The notes under the pieces are model-generated. The model did not search any database. It was given only the letters and a program-made list of their open reading frames with translations, and was not told where the DNA came from. DNA of 48,066 bases from Acidiferrobacterales bacterium (GTDB lineage Bacteria > Pseudomonadota > Gammaproteobacteria > Acidiferrobacterales > UBA6901), in contig DATEYP010000055.1 in NCBI GenBank assembly GCA_035256085.1, positions 1 to 48,066 of the forward strand, read 5' to 3'. Positions 29,613 to 38,804 of this stretch are shown here, piece by piece. Within the stretch, counting starts at the first letter, position 1, and the number at the start of each line of letters is the position of its first letter. Made by a program: the position numbers and the translations under genes.

Positions 29613-31283
29613 ATGAACGAGGAGCGAGCCATGATCAAGACCATAGTGAAGATGCTGGGCGCCGCCATGCTGCTGGGCGGCGTGGCCAACGGCCAGGCCG
29701 CAGAACCGGCCGCGGCGCCGAAGGTGCCGCCGGTGGCGGCCTCAAGCGGGGTGCTGAGCTATGGCGAATACGGCCGTCCGACCACGCTCGACCCGATCAC
29801 CAACAACGACATGATTGCCCTGCGCATCACCGAACTGGTGTTCAACGGGCTGGTCGGTATCGACAACAAGCAGCAGATCGCGCCGGAACTGGCCGAGAGC
29901 TGGGACATGTCCCCGGATGGCCAGGTCTACACCTTCCGGCTGCGCAAGGACGTGCGCTGGCATGCGCGCCCCGGCGAGGAGCCGCGGCCGTTCAGCGCCG
30001 ACGACGTGGTATTCACCTACAAGATCATGATGCACCCCAAGACCATCACGCCGCTCAAGGTGCGCTACGAGTTCATCGATGAGGTGAAAAAACTCGACCG
30101 CCACACCGTGCGCTTCACGCTCAAGCGCCCGATCATGAACGCCCTGCCGAAATTCACGTTCAAGATCATTCCGGAATTCGGGTTGAGCAACTCCGCCTAC
30201 CTGGCGCGCGACGATGCCTTTGTGCAGAAGCCGATCGGCACCGGTCCGTATCAGTACAGGGAAACCACCGCAAACGGCGAGATCGTGCTGGAGGCCAATC
30301 CGCATTACTTCAGGGGCGCGCCAAAGATCGCGCGCTTCGTGGCCAAGCCGTTCGCCGACCAGAACATCATGAATCAGGCGCTGATGTACAACAACATCGA
30401 CATGTCGGTGCTGGTCAATCCGCGCAACGTGCCGGAGATCCAGGGCGACAAGCGCCTGCGCCTGCAGCCGTACAACGCGTTGTCCTATTCATTCTTCGGC
30501 TACAACGTGCGCAACCCGCAGCTCGCCGATGCGCGCGTGCGCAAGGCCTTCACACTCGCAATCAACCGCAAGGAGATGCTGAACGCCTTCTTCAACAACC
30601 AGGGCACGGTCATCTCCGGCCCGTTCGCGCCGGGTTCGTGGGCGTATAACCTGGACGTCAAGCCGCTGCCGTACAATCCGGACGAGGCCGAGAAGCTCCT
30701 CGTCCAGGCCGGGTACAAGAAGGGCAGCGACGGCATCATGGCCAAGGCCGGCAAGAAACTCGCGCTTTCTCTGAAGGTGCCGATCGCCCAGGAGAGCGAG
30801 GCGACCAAGCGCGTGGTGCTGGCCTTCAAGAATTACCTGCAGCGGATCGGCGTGCAGGCCGATGTGGAGTTCCTCGAATGGCAGGCCTGGAAAGAGGCGG
30901 TGTTCCTGACCCACGATTTTGACATCATGTTCGCGTCGTGGGTGTTCGATGACTCGGCCGATATTTCCTCGTTGTTTCATTCGGCCGAGATCGGCGCGTG
31001 GCGCAACAACTTCGGCGGCTACTCCAACCCGGAGGTCGACAGCCTGTTGGTCGAATCGAAGCTGACTCTCGACCACGAAAAGCGCCGCACCATCTACCGC
31101 AAGCTGCACGAGATGCTGGCCGAGGAGAGCCCCTACACCTTCTTGTGGACGCTGACCAACTATGCGGCCTATCACAAGAAGGTGCGTGGCGTGCAGATTC
31201 ACCCGTACAAGTTCTTCTCCTATGCCGATACCTGGTTTATCGGCGAGGCAGAAGGAAAAGCCGGGGCCGCGGTCAAAAAGTAA
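29613..31283 (+). CDS. ABC transporter substrate-binding protein, family 5 (peptide/nickel/opine type)
   Basis: 556 aa with a signal peptide. The family-5 N-terminal pattern is TLDPI...ELVFNGLVGIDNKQQIAPELAESWDMSPDGQVYTFRLRKDVRWH. Alternative start 29631. Confidence 0.9.
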   Translation: MNEERAMIKTIVKMLGAAMLLGGVANGQAAEPAAAPKVPPVAASSGVLSYGEYGRPTTLDPITNNDMIALRITELVFNGLVGIDNKQQIAPELAESWDMSPDGQVYTFRLRKDVRWHARPGEEPRPFSADDVVFTYKIMMHPKTITPLKVRYEFIDEVKKLDRHTVRFTLKRPIMNALPKFTFKIIPEFGLSNSAYLARDDAFVQKPIGTGPYQYRETTANGEIVLEANPHYFRGAPKIARFVAKPFADQNIMNQALMYNNIDMSVLVNPRNVPEIQGDKRLRLQPYNALSYSFFGYNVRNPQLADARVRKAFTLAINRKEMLNAFFNNQGTVISGPFAPGSWAYNLDVKPLPYNPDEAEKLLVQAGYKKGSDGIMAKAGKKLALSLKVPIAQESEATKRVVLAFKNYLQRIGVQADVEFLEWQAWKEAVFLTHDFDIMFASWVFDDSADISSLFHSAEIGAWRNNFGGYSNPEVDSLLVESKLTLDHEKRRTIYRKLHEMLAEESPYTFLWTLTNYAAYHKKVRGVQIHPYKFFSYADTWFIGEAEGKAGAAVKK

Positions 31284-31307
31284 GCAATAAATCTAAAAAC
31301 GGTGTTT

Positions 31308-31440
31308 AGCCACAGATGAACGCAGATTAATGCGAGATGAATCTTGCCGTTGATGCACCGAGGTCGTTCACCCTTTTGGTGGGCTGGCCAATACAGGCGT
31401 GCATTGAATATCGTATATATCTGCGGTTAACTGCTTTTTT
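31308..31440. repeat. Second, more degenerate copy of the CAGATRAACG-type hairpin, ending in a T tract
   Basis: AGCCACAGATGAACGCAGAT (31308-31327) is identical to 6803-6822. The degenerate right arm is ATCTGCGGTTAACTGC (31419-31434), followed by TTTTTT. Confidence 0.7.
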
Positions 31441-31452
31441 AGGATAAATAAT

Positions 31453-31478
31453 GCCGGCCGGTCGCGTGACCGGCCGGC
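31453..31478. other. Perfect 11-bp GC hairpin in the SBP-permease spacer
   Basis: GCCGGCCGGTC-GCGT-GACCGGCCGGC. Confidence 0.8.
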
Positions 31479-31529
31479 GTCATTGTTCGTATGAGCGCAT
31501 AACGAGAATCAGCGGGGCGGGGGAGTGAC

Positions 31530-32495
31530 GTGCTCAATCTGAACGCCTGGAAGCCGGTCGCGTCGCTGCTGTTGCGCGAACTCGCCGTGACGACGGCGTT
31601 GTTGTTCGGGGTGAGTCTGGTCATCTTCCTGATTTTGTATGCCGCGCCCGGCGATCCGTTCGCCGCGCTGCTCGGCGGACGCATGCTGTCCGACAGCGAG
31701 CGCGCCGCTGCCTATGAGGCGCTTGGCATTTCACAAAGCTGGTACGGCCAGTATCTTTCCTGGCTCGGCAATTTGCTGGTCGGTGATTTCGGCGTGTCGA
31801 TGCGTTCCGGCCAGCCGGTCATCCAGGAGATCATGGCCAGCGGCGGGCGCACGCTGTTCCTGACGCTCGGGTCGCTGGTCGTGACGCTGGCGGCGGCGGT
31901 GCCGATTGGCGTGTACGCCGCGCAGCAGCCGGGCGGGCGGCGCGCCTGGGCACTGACCATGTTCAGCTACCTGGTCTCGGCGTTGCCGACATTCTGGATC
32001 GGCTATCTCGTGATTTACCTGTTCACCAGCCAGTTCGGCATGCTTCCGATCCTGTCCGGGACCGGTGAGCCGCAGCCGTATGAATGGCTTTATGTTCTGC
32101 TACCGGTGCTGGTGCTGGGTCTCGGCAACGGCGCGTTTGCCGAGGTGGTGCGCTACGTGCGCGAGGAGACCGGCCGGGTGCTGGGCGAGGAATACGTGCG
32201 CACCGCGCGCGCCAAGGGTGCCGCCGTGTGGCGGCATGTCTACAAGGAAGGGCTGCTGCTGCCGGTCGCGGAGATCATCGCCTCGAAGATGCCGTTCGTG
32301 CTCGGCGGGGCGATCATCGTCGAGCAGGTGTTCAACTGGCCGGGTCTGGGCCGGCTGGCCTGGCAGGCCGCCCAGGACCGTGACTTTCCGGTAATCCTGG
32401 CCATCACCCTGATTGCCGCGGTGGTCGTCCGTCTCGGCAGCCTGCTGCACCGCATGGTGTATGTCGCGGTCAATCCGCGCGCCTCGCACGAATAA
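31530..32495 (+). CDS. Peptide ABC transporter permease (DppB/OppB-like)
   Basis: 321 aa with a GTG start. The N-terminal pattern FLILYAAPGDP and the EAA-loop region EEYVRTARAKG are typical of OppB/DppB. Confidence 0.9.
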   Translation: MLNLNAWKPVASLLLRELAVTTALLFGVSLVIFLILYAAPGDPFAALLGGRMLSDSERAAAYEALGISQSWYGQYLSWLGNLLVGDFGVSMRSGQPVIQEIMASGGRTLFLTLGSLVVTLAAAVPIGVYAAQQPGGRRAWALTMFSYLVSALPTFWIGYLVIYLFTSQFGMLPILSGTGEPQPYEWLYVLLPVLVLGLGNGAFAEVVRYVREETGRVLGEEYVRTARAKGAAVWRHVYKEGLLLPVAEIIASKMPFVLGGAIIVEQVFNWPGLGRLAWQAAQDRDFPVILAITLIAAVVVRLGSLLHRMVYVAVNPRASHE

Positions 32496-32508
32496 CCGGG
32501 AGCCGCCA

Positions 32509-33402
32509 ATGAGCCGCTACTACCAGCCGCACGACACCGTCAGCGAATATTCGGAGATTCGCAGCTGGCGCAGCGCATCGCTGGTCGATCGCGCATACGT
32601 CGGCTACGGGCTGGCGGTCGTGGTACTCGTGGTGCTGTCCTACCTGCTTGGCATGTTCGGCTGGTTGCCGCACGACCCAGAGGCGATGGACCTGGCCACC
32701 ATGCTGGTCGGACCGCTGACCGAGAATTATGTGCTCGGCACCGACTATATGGGGCGCGACCTGTTGACGCGCCTGATCCTCGGTATCCAGGCCTATTTCC
32801 TGCCGGGGTTGCTGTCGATCGCCATCGCGCTGTCGCTGGGCGCGGCACTGGGGGTGCTGGCCGGCTACCACGGCGGGCGCAGCAAGGTCGCGGTCACCTA
32901 CGTCACCAACCTGGTCGATTCCCTGCCGCGGCTGGTGCTGATGCTGCTGGTGATCGCCGCCTTCAAGCCCGGCATCTACACCATCATGGTGGTGCTCGGC
33001 CTGACCACGGCACCGACGGTGGCGATGCTGGTGCAGGGCAAGATCATGATGCTCCGCGAGCGTAATTTCATCGAGTCGGCCGTGGCGCTCGGCATCTCGC
33101 CGGGACGCATCATCCTCAAGCACATCCTCTGGTATAACTGCCGCGCGCTGCTGTTGATCCAGGCGACGCTCGGCATGGCCGAGGCGGTGCTGCTCGAAAC
33201 CAGCCTCAGCTACCTCGGTTTCGGTGTGCAGGAGCCGACACCGTCATGGGGCAACATGGTGCAGTCTGGCGCCAATTACTTGTTGCAGGGAAATTTCTGG
33301 GTATCGACCGCGCCGGCGCTGGCCATCCTGTTCACGGTGCTTGGATTTCACCTGCTCGGCGACGGCCTCAACAACATGTTCGAAGGAAAGCGGCAACGAT
33401 GA
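32509..33402 (+). CDS. Peptide ABC transporter permease (DppC/OppC-like)
   Basis: ATG 32509 (MSRYYQPHD...); the track ORF from 32413 overlaps the previous gene. It has LGTDYMGRDLLTRL and the EAA loop ERNFIESAVALG. Confidence 0.9.
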   Translation: MSRYYQPHDTVSEYSEIRSWRSASLVDRAYVGYGLAVVVLVVLSYLLGMFGWLPHDPEAMDLATMLVGPLTENYVLGTDYMGRDLLTRLILGIQAYFLPGLLSIAIALSLGAALGVLAGYHGGRSKVAVTYVTNLVDSLPRLVLMLLVIAAFKPGIYTIMVVLGLTTAPTVAMLVQGKIMMLRERNFIESAVALGISPGRIILKHILWYNCRALLLIQATLGMAEAVLLETSLSYLGFGVQEPTPSWGNMVQSGANYLLQGNFWVSTAPALAILFTVLGFHLLGDGLNNMFEGKRQR

Positions 33403-34493
33403 GCGCCATCCCGCTGCTGCGTATCGAGGATCTGCGCACCTATTTCTTTTCGCGCGCCAAGCAGGCGTTCATCCGTTCGGTGGATGGCGTCGATCTCGAA
33501 ATCGCGCGCGGCGAAACGCTCGGCATCGTCGGTGAATCCGGCAGCGGCAAGAGCGTCAGCATGCATTCCGCGCTGGGGCTGGTTACCGCCACGCCCGGCG
33601 TGATCAGCGGGCGCGCGGTCTTTCACGACGAGGCGCCGCGCGATCTGCTGGCCGGGCTTGATGCCTGCACGCGCCTGGAGCGGCGCGATGACCGCATCAT
33701 GTCGGTGGAGAAGGATAACCGCGCCTGGCAGAAGCAGGTTGAGCGCAATCTCGCCGGGGTGCGCGGTGGCAAGATCGCCATGATTTTCCAGAATCCCAAG
33801 GCGGCGATGAATCCCTACGAGACCATCGGCGCGCAGATCAGCGAGGCAGTACGCCTGCACACCGCGATCAAAGACCCGGCCGCGGCACGCGAGCGCGCGT
33901 TGCATTGGCTGGAGGCGGTGCGTATCGACTCGCCGCGCCTGCGTTACGACAACTATCCCCATGGCCTCTCGGGTGGCATGTGCCAGCGCGCCATGGTGGC
34001 GATGGCGCTGGCCGCCGAGCCGCGCCTGCTGGTTGCCGACGAGCCGACCACCGGCCTCGATGCCACGATTCAGGCGCGTATCGTCGAGCTGCTGGAGGAA
34101 CTCAAGACACGCTTCGGCATGACGCTGGTGCTGATCAGCCACGACATCGGCGTGATCGCGCGCTTGTCCGACCGGATCGCGGTGATGTACGGCGGACAGG
34201 TGCAGGAGTCCGGGCCGGCGGCCATGCTGCTTGAGCAGAGTGAGCTGGGCCATCCCTACACCCATGCGCTGCTGGCCTCGATGCCGCGCGCGAAAAATGT
34301 GAAGCATGGCGGCCGCCTGCCAGCCATCGAGGGCGAGGTGCTCGATACCATCAACGTGCCGCGTGGCTGCCGGTTCCGCGAGCGCTGCCAGCGCATCCAC
34401 GATGGCATTCGTGCGCGTTGTGCCGAGCAGGAGCCGGAACTGGTCGAGGTAACGCCGGGACGGCGCGTGCGCTGCTGGCTGTACCAGGCCTGA
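33399..34493 (+). CDS. Peptide ABC transporter ATP-binding protein (DppD/OppD-like)
   Basis: ATG 33399 overlaps the upstream stop (ATGA). Walker A is GESGSGKS, signature is LSGGMCQR, Walker B is LLVADEPTTGLD. The C-terminal oligopeptide-type Cys-rich extension is present. Confidence 0.92.
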   Translation: MSAIPLLRIEDLRTYFFSRAKQAFIRSVDGVDLEIARGETLGIVGESGSGKSVSMHSALGLVTATPGVISGRAVFHDEAPRDLLAGLDACTRLERRDDRIMSVEKDNRAWQKQVERNLAGVRGGKIAMIFQNPKAAMNPYETIGAQISEAVRLHTAIKDPAAARERALHWLEAVRIDSPRLRYDNYPHGLSGGMCQRAMVAMALAAEPRLLVADEPTTGLDATIQARIVELLEELKTRFGMTLVLISHDIGVIARLSDRIAVMYGGQVQESGPAAMLLEQSELGHPYTHALLASMPRAKNVKHGGRLPAIEGEVLDTINVPRGCRFRERCQRIHDGIRARCAEQEPELVEVTPGRRVRCWLYQA

Positions 34494-34506
34494 CAGGGGA
34501 ACCGAC

Positions 34507-35517
34507 ATGACGCCGCCGCTTCTGGAAGTGAAAGGCCTGAGCAAGCATTTTTCCCAGCGGCGTGGCCTGTTCCGTATGCTCTCGGGAACTGCCGCCGGCA
34601 CCATCCCGGCCGTGGACGACGTGAGTTTCACACTAGCCGAGAACGAAACCCTGGGACTGGTTGGGGAGTCCGGTTGCGGCAAGACCACCACCGGCAAGGC
34701 GATTCTCAAGCTTATGCCGGTCACGGCCGGCGTGATCCGCTATCGCGACCGGGACATCACGCCGCTGTCGCCGGCGGAATTCCAGCCGCTGCGGCGCGAG
34801 ATCCAGATGATCTTCCAGGACCTCGATGCCGCGCTCAATCCGAAGATGCGAATCGAGAGCATCCTGCACGAGGCCATCGCCCTGCGCGAGCCGGAGCTCG
34901 ACGCCGATGACCTGCGCCGCCGCGCCTACGATTTGCTCGAACTCGTCAACCTCAAGAAGAACAAGTTGGCCAACTTTCCTGCGGAATTGTCGGGTGGCGA
35001 GAAGCGGCGCATCGGCATCGCGCGCGTACTGGCGGTGCGTCCGAAACTGATCGTCGCCGACGAACCGACCAGCGCCCTCGATGTCTCGATCCAGGCCCAG
35101 GTCATTAACCTGCTGCGCGACCTTCAAGACCAGTTCGGGTTGTCTTATCTGTTCATCTCGCACGACCTGCCGCTGGTTGAACTGGTCAGTCACCGGGTGG
35201 CGGTGATGTATCTGGGCCAGATTGTCGAGCTTGGGCCCGCGCCGCGTATCGCGCATGCGCCGCGCCACCCTTACACCTCGGTACTGTGGTCGTCACTCGC
35301 CGAGAAGCGCTCCCAGGAAGCCGTCAGCGTTACGGCCCCGACCTGGGGAGTCTTCGACTTCGAGCGCCCGAGCGCCGGTTGTCGCTTTGCCCCGCGTTGC
35401 CCGGTGTATGCCGCGCGCGGCAAGCCGCCCGAGTGCACCGATCCGTGCAACGCCCCGCGTCTGCGCGAAATTGAACCTGGCCACGTCGTCGCCTGCCATT
35501 TCCCCCGTGAGCCCTGA
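34507..35517 (+). CDS. Peptide ABC transporter ATP-binding protein (DppF/OppF-like)
   Basis: 336 aa. Walker A is GESGCGKT, signature is LSGGEKRR, Walker B is LIVADEPTSALD. Confidence 0.92.
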   Translation: MTPPLLEVKGLSKHFSQRRGLFRMLSGTAAGTIPAVDDVSFTLAENETLGLVGESGCGKTTTGKAILKLMPVTAGVIRYRDRDITPLSPAEFQPLRREIQMIFQDLDAALNPKMRIESILHEAIALREPELDADDLRRRAYDLLELVNLKKNKLANFPAELSGGEKRRIGIARVLAVRPKLIVADEPTSALDVSIQAQVINLLRDLQDQFGLSYLFISHDLPLVELVSHRVAVMYLGQIVELGPAPRIAHAPRHPYTSVLWSSLAEKRSQEAVSVTAPTWGVFDFERPSAGCRFAPRCPVYAARGKPPECTDPCNAPRLREIEPGHVVACHFPREP

Positions 35518-35720
35518 TGCTCCTGTGAGCATCAGGCGGTTGCTCGCGCACCCCTGAGCAAGAATCGCAAGGCGCGCCCTGCGATGGATAGCAGCAAGGC
35601 ACATGAAGGCCGTACTCAGAACACAACAACAAGTGGCGGCCGATCCGTCATCCGTTTGATGTGCTCTGGATCAGCGGCTTCATCGGTGCCAGGTTCGGGC
35701 TTCCTTGAGTCGAACCGAGG

Positions 35721-36650
35721 TTAACCCTTCCTTCTTGCTGCCGGCCGGAGCGCTGTTGGTGTCCCGTGTGCCTCGGTCATTAGAAACTTTTTGAATGCCT
35801 CGGCCGCTGCCGAGAGTCTTTTTCCCTTGCGGTGCACCACGAACCAGTGACGCATGATGGGGAAGTCTTCGATATCGAGCATCACCAGCCGTTTCAGGGT
35901 CAGTTCCTGTTCGATCGTGGCGCGCGAGAGCAGTCCCAGCCCCAACCGTGCCTGTACGGATTGTTTGATCGCCTCGTTACTGCCGACTTCCATGCCGGTC
36001 TTGAGACGCATGCCACGTTCGTTGAAGAATCGCTCCATGGCGATGCGTGTGCCGGAGCCCGATTCGCGCACCAGGAAGGTTTCATCCTGCAGCCGGGTCA
36101 GCGGGATCTTCTTCTTGCCGGCGAGCGGGTGATCGGGTGGGGCGACCACAACCAGCGGGTTGTCCATAAATACCTGCGCCTCGACATCGGCCTCGGCCGG
36201 CGGCTGGCCCATGACCACGAGATCGACGGTGTTCTCGGCCAGTTGCCGCAGCAGCGTCTCGCGGTTGGTCACATCCAGCGAGACGGTCACGTCCGGATAG
36301 CGGCGCGAGAAACTGCCAAGCAGGGTGGGAATGAAATAGTTGGCGGTGGTGGCGACCGAGATGCGCAGCCGCCCGCCGCCGAGCCCCTTCATTCTATTCA
36401 GCACACCTTCGAGCTCATCGAGTTGCTGGGTGATGGCGCGCGCGTAACCCAACACCTCGGCCCCGGCTTCGGTGAGATGGATGCGCTTGCCGAGTTGTTC
36501 GAAAAGCGCAATCCCGAGACTCGCTTCCAGCTGTTTCACCTGCATGGAAACAGCGGGTTGGGTCAGGTGCAGTTCCTCGGCGGCGCGCGTGTAATTCAGG
36601 TGGCGCGCCACCGCTTCAAAGACCTTGAGTTGGCGCAGCGTCAGGTGCAC
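35721..36650 (-). CDS. cbbR: LysR-family transcriptional regulator CbbR
   Basis: 309 aa with the LysR HTH MHLTLRQLKVFEAVARHLNYTRAAEELHLTQPAVSMQVKQLE. It is divergent from cbbL with a 152-bp spacer, which is the classic cbbR position. Confidence 0.92.
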   Translation of the reverse strand: MHLTLRQLKVFEAVARHLNYTRAAEELHLTQPAVSMQVKQLEASLGIALFEQLGKRIHLTEAGAEVLGYARAITQQLDELEGVLNRMKGLGGGRLRISVATTANYFIPTLLGSFSRRYPDVTVSLDVTNRETLLRQLAENTVDLVVMGQPPAEADVEAQVFMDNPLVVVAPPDHPLAGKKKIPLTRLQDETFLVRESGSGTRIAMERFFNERGMRLKTGMEVGSNEAIKQSVQARLGLGLLSRATIEQELTLKRLVMLDIEDFPIMRHWFVVHRKGKRLSAAAEAFKKFLMTEAHGTPTALRPAARRKG

Positions 36651-36802
36651 AGCGATGTCCCCGAATTGAGCATATATAAAAGCTTATCATAATTATCATT
36701 ATATATGACTATTGTTTATGGTGTTACAGGCGTAGGGTATGCCCACTTTCAAGGGCCGCACGCCCAGCAACCACTGACCGAATTTCTTAACCAGGAGGCC
36801 AC
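36651..36802. promoter_or_regulatory. cbbR-cbbL divergent control region (probable CbbR operator and cbbL promoter)
   Basis: AT-rich block at 36668-36725 in otherwise GC-rich DNA. TTATCAT is directly repeated at 36684 and 36693, and several T-N11-A LysR-type motifs are present. SD AGGAGG lies before the cbbL ATG. Confidence 0.55.
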
Positions 36803-38233
36803 ATGAGCCAAGGCAAAGTGAAGACCTACAAAGCAGGTGTGAAAGAGTACCGCGAAACCTATTGGATGCCGAACTACACGCCGAACGAAACCGATATCCT
36901 GGCGTGCTTCAAGATCACCCCGCAGGCCGGTGTGCCGCGTGAAGAGGCCGCCGCCGCCGTGGCCGCCGAGTCGTCCACTGGCACCTGGACCACGGTCTGG
37001 ACCGACCTGCTGACCGATCTCGATTTCTACAAGGGCCGCGCCTACCGCATCGAAGACGTGCCGGGCGACGACACCTGCTTCTACGCCTTCGTGGCCTACC
37101 CGATGGACCTGTTCGAAGAAGGTTCGGTGGTGAACGTGTTCACCTCGCTGGTCGGCAACGTGTTCGGCTTCAAGGCCATCCGCGCGCTGCGTCTCGAGGA
37201 TGTGCGCTTCCCGATTGCCTACGTGAAGACCTGCGGCGGCCCGCCCCAGGGCATCCAGGTCGAGCGCGACATCATGAACAAGTACGGCCGTCCGCTGCTC
37301 GGCTGCACCATCAAACCGAAGCTCGGCCTGTCCGCCAAGAACTACGGCCGCGCCGTGTACGAGTGTCTGCGCGGCGGTCTGGACTTCACCAAGGACGACG
37401 AGAACGTCAACAGCCAGCCGTTCATGCGCTGGCGCACGCGTTTCGACTTCGTCATGGAAGCCATCCACAAGGCGGAGAAGGAAACCGGCGAGCGCAAGGG
37501 TCATTACCTGAACGTCACCGCGCCGACCCCGGAAGAGATGTACAAGCGCGCCGAGCACGCCAAGTCCATCGGCGCGCCGATCATCATGCACGACTACATC
37601 ACCGGCGGTTTCTGCGCCAACACGGGCCTGGCCAACTGGTGCCGGGACAACGGCATGCTGCTGCACATCCATCGTGCCATGCACGCCGTGCTCGACCGCA
37701 ACCCGCACCACGGCATCCACTTCCGCGTCCTTGCCAAGATCCTGCGCCTGTCGGGCGGCGATCACCTGCACACCGGCACCGTGGTCGGCAAGCTCGAAGG
37801 CGACCGCGAGGCCACCTTGGGCTGGATCGACCTGCTGCGCGAAAAGTTCATCAAGGAAGATCGCTCACGCGGTATCTTCTTCGATCAGGACTGGGGCTCC
37901 ATGCCGGGCGTGTTCGCTGTCGCCTCCGGCGGCATCCACGTGTGGCACATGCCGGCGCTGGTCAACATTTTCGGTGACGACTCGGTGCTGCAGTTCGGTG
38001 GCGGCACGCTTGGCCATCCGTGGGGCAACGCCGCCGGTGCGGCCGCCAACCGCGTGGCGCTCGAAGCCTGCGTCGAGGCGCGTAACCAGGGCCGTGAGCT
38101 GGAGAAGGAAGGCAAGGAGATTCTCACCAATGCCGCCAAGTCCAGCCCGGAACTGAAGATCGCCATGGAGACGTGGAAAGAGATCAAGTTCGAGTTCGAC
38201 ACCGTCGACAAACTCGACGTGAAGCATAAGTAA
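36803..38233 (+). CDS. cbbL: RuBisCO large subunit, form IA
   Basis: 476 aa. It has [30 protein letters not shown] and the catalytic [10 protein letters not shown]. Green-type form I sequence with downstream cbbS-cbbQ-cbbO (the IAq arrangement). Confidence 0.98.
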   Translation: MSQGKVKTYKAGVKEYRETYWMPNYTPNETDILACFKITPQAGVPREEAAAAVAAESSTGTWTTVWTDLLTDLDFYKGRAYRIEDVPGDDTCFYAFVAYPMDLFEEGSVVNVFTSLVGNVFGFKAIRALRLEDVRFPIAYVKTCGGPPQGIQVERDIMNKYGRPLLGCTIKPKLGLSAKNYGRAVYECLRGGLDFTKDDENVNSQPFMRWRTRFDFVMEAIHKAEKETGERKGHYLNVTAPTPEEMYKRAEHAKSIGAPIIMHDYITGGFCANTGLANWCRDNGMLLHIHRAMHAVLDRNPHHGIHFRVLAKILRLSGGDHLHTGTVVGKLEGDREATLGWIDLLREKFIKEDRSRGIFFDQDWGSMPGVFAVASGGIHVWHMPALVNIFGDDSVLQFGGGTLGHPWGNAAGAAANRVALEACVEARNQGRELEKEGKEILTNAAKSSPELKIAMETWKEIKFEFDTVDKLDVKHK

Positions 38234-38236
38234 AGG

Positions 38237-38319
38237 CAGATACAAGATACAAGGGAAAAGATACAAGCAAGCAAGGCATCGGCTTTTACTTGAATCTTGT
38301 ATCTTGAACCTTGTATCTG
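38237..38319. repeat. Hairpin built from GATACAA heptamer units in the cbbL-cbbS spacer
   Basis: Left arm CAGATACAAGATACAAGGGAAAAGATACAAGCAAGCAAGG. Right arm CTTGAATCTTGTATCTTGAACCTTGTATCTG is its imperfect reverse complement. Confidence 0.85.
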
Positions 38320-38377
38320 ACTTCCAGAGCGCCGGTCAAAGTCGCGCAACTGAAACGAACATTTAGGAGTAACAGAC

Positions 38378-38734
38378 ATGAGTGAGATGCAAGATTACAA
38401 ATCAAGCCTGACCGACACGACCAGCCGCAAGTTCGAGACCTTCTCCTACCTGCCGGCCATGACCAGCGATGGCATCAAGAAGCAGGTGGAGTATCTGGTG
38501 AAGCAGGGCCTGAACCCGGCCATCGAGCACAGCGAGCCGGAAAACGCCTTCGACCACTACTGGTACATGTGGAAGCTGCCGATGTTCGGCGAGACCAACG
38601 TGGACAAGGTGCTGGCCGAGGCCGAGGCCTGCCACAAGGCGCACCCGAACAACCACGTGCGCCTGATTGGCTACGACAACTTCAAGCAGTCGCAGGGCGC
38701 CTCGATGGTGATTTTCCGCGGCAAGATGAAGTAA
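38378..38734 (+). CDS. cbbS: RuBisCO small subunit
   Basis: 118 aa with [19 protein letters not shown] and RLIGYDN. Confidence 0.97.
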   Translation: MSEMQDYKSSLTDTTSRKFETFSYLPAMTSDGIKKQVEYLVKQGLNPAIEHSEPENAFDHYWYMWKLPMFGETNVDKVLAEAEACHKAHPNNHVRLIGYDNFKQSQGASMVIFRGKMK

Positions 38735-38760
38735 GTCGTTACCTGGCAAGGGTAAGGAAA

Positions 38761-38797
38761 GCCCCTGCTCGGGTAACCGGGCAGGGGCTTTTTGTTT
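38761..38797 (+). terminator. Strong intrinsic terminator after cbbS
   Basis: 12-bp stem GCCCCTGCTCGG / CCGGGCAGGGGC with one G-U pair, loop GTAA, then TTTTTGTTT. Confidence 0.85.
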
Positions 38798-38804
38798 AAT
38801 GGGA

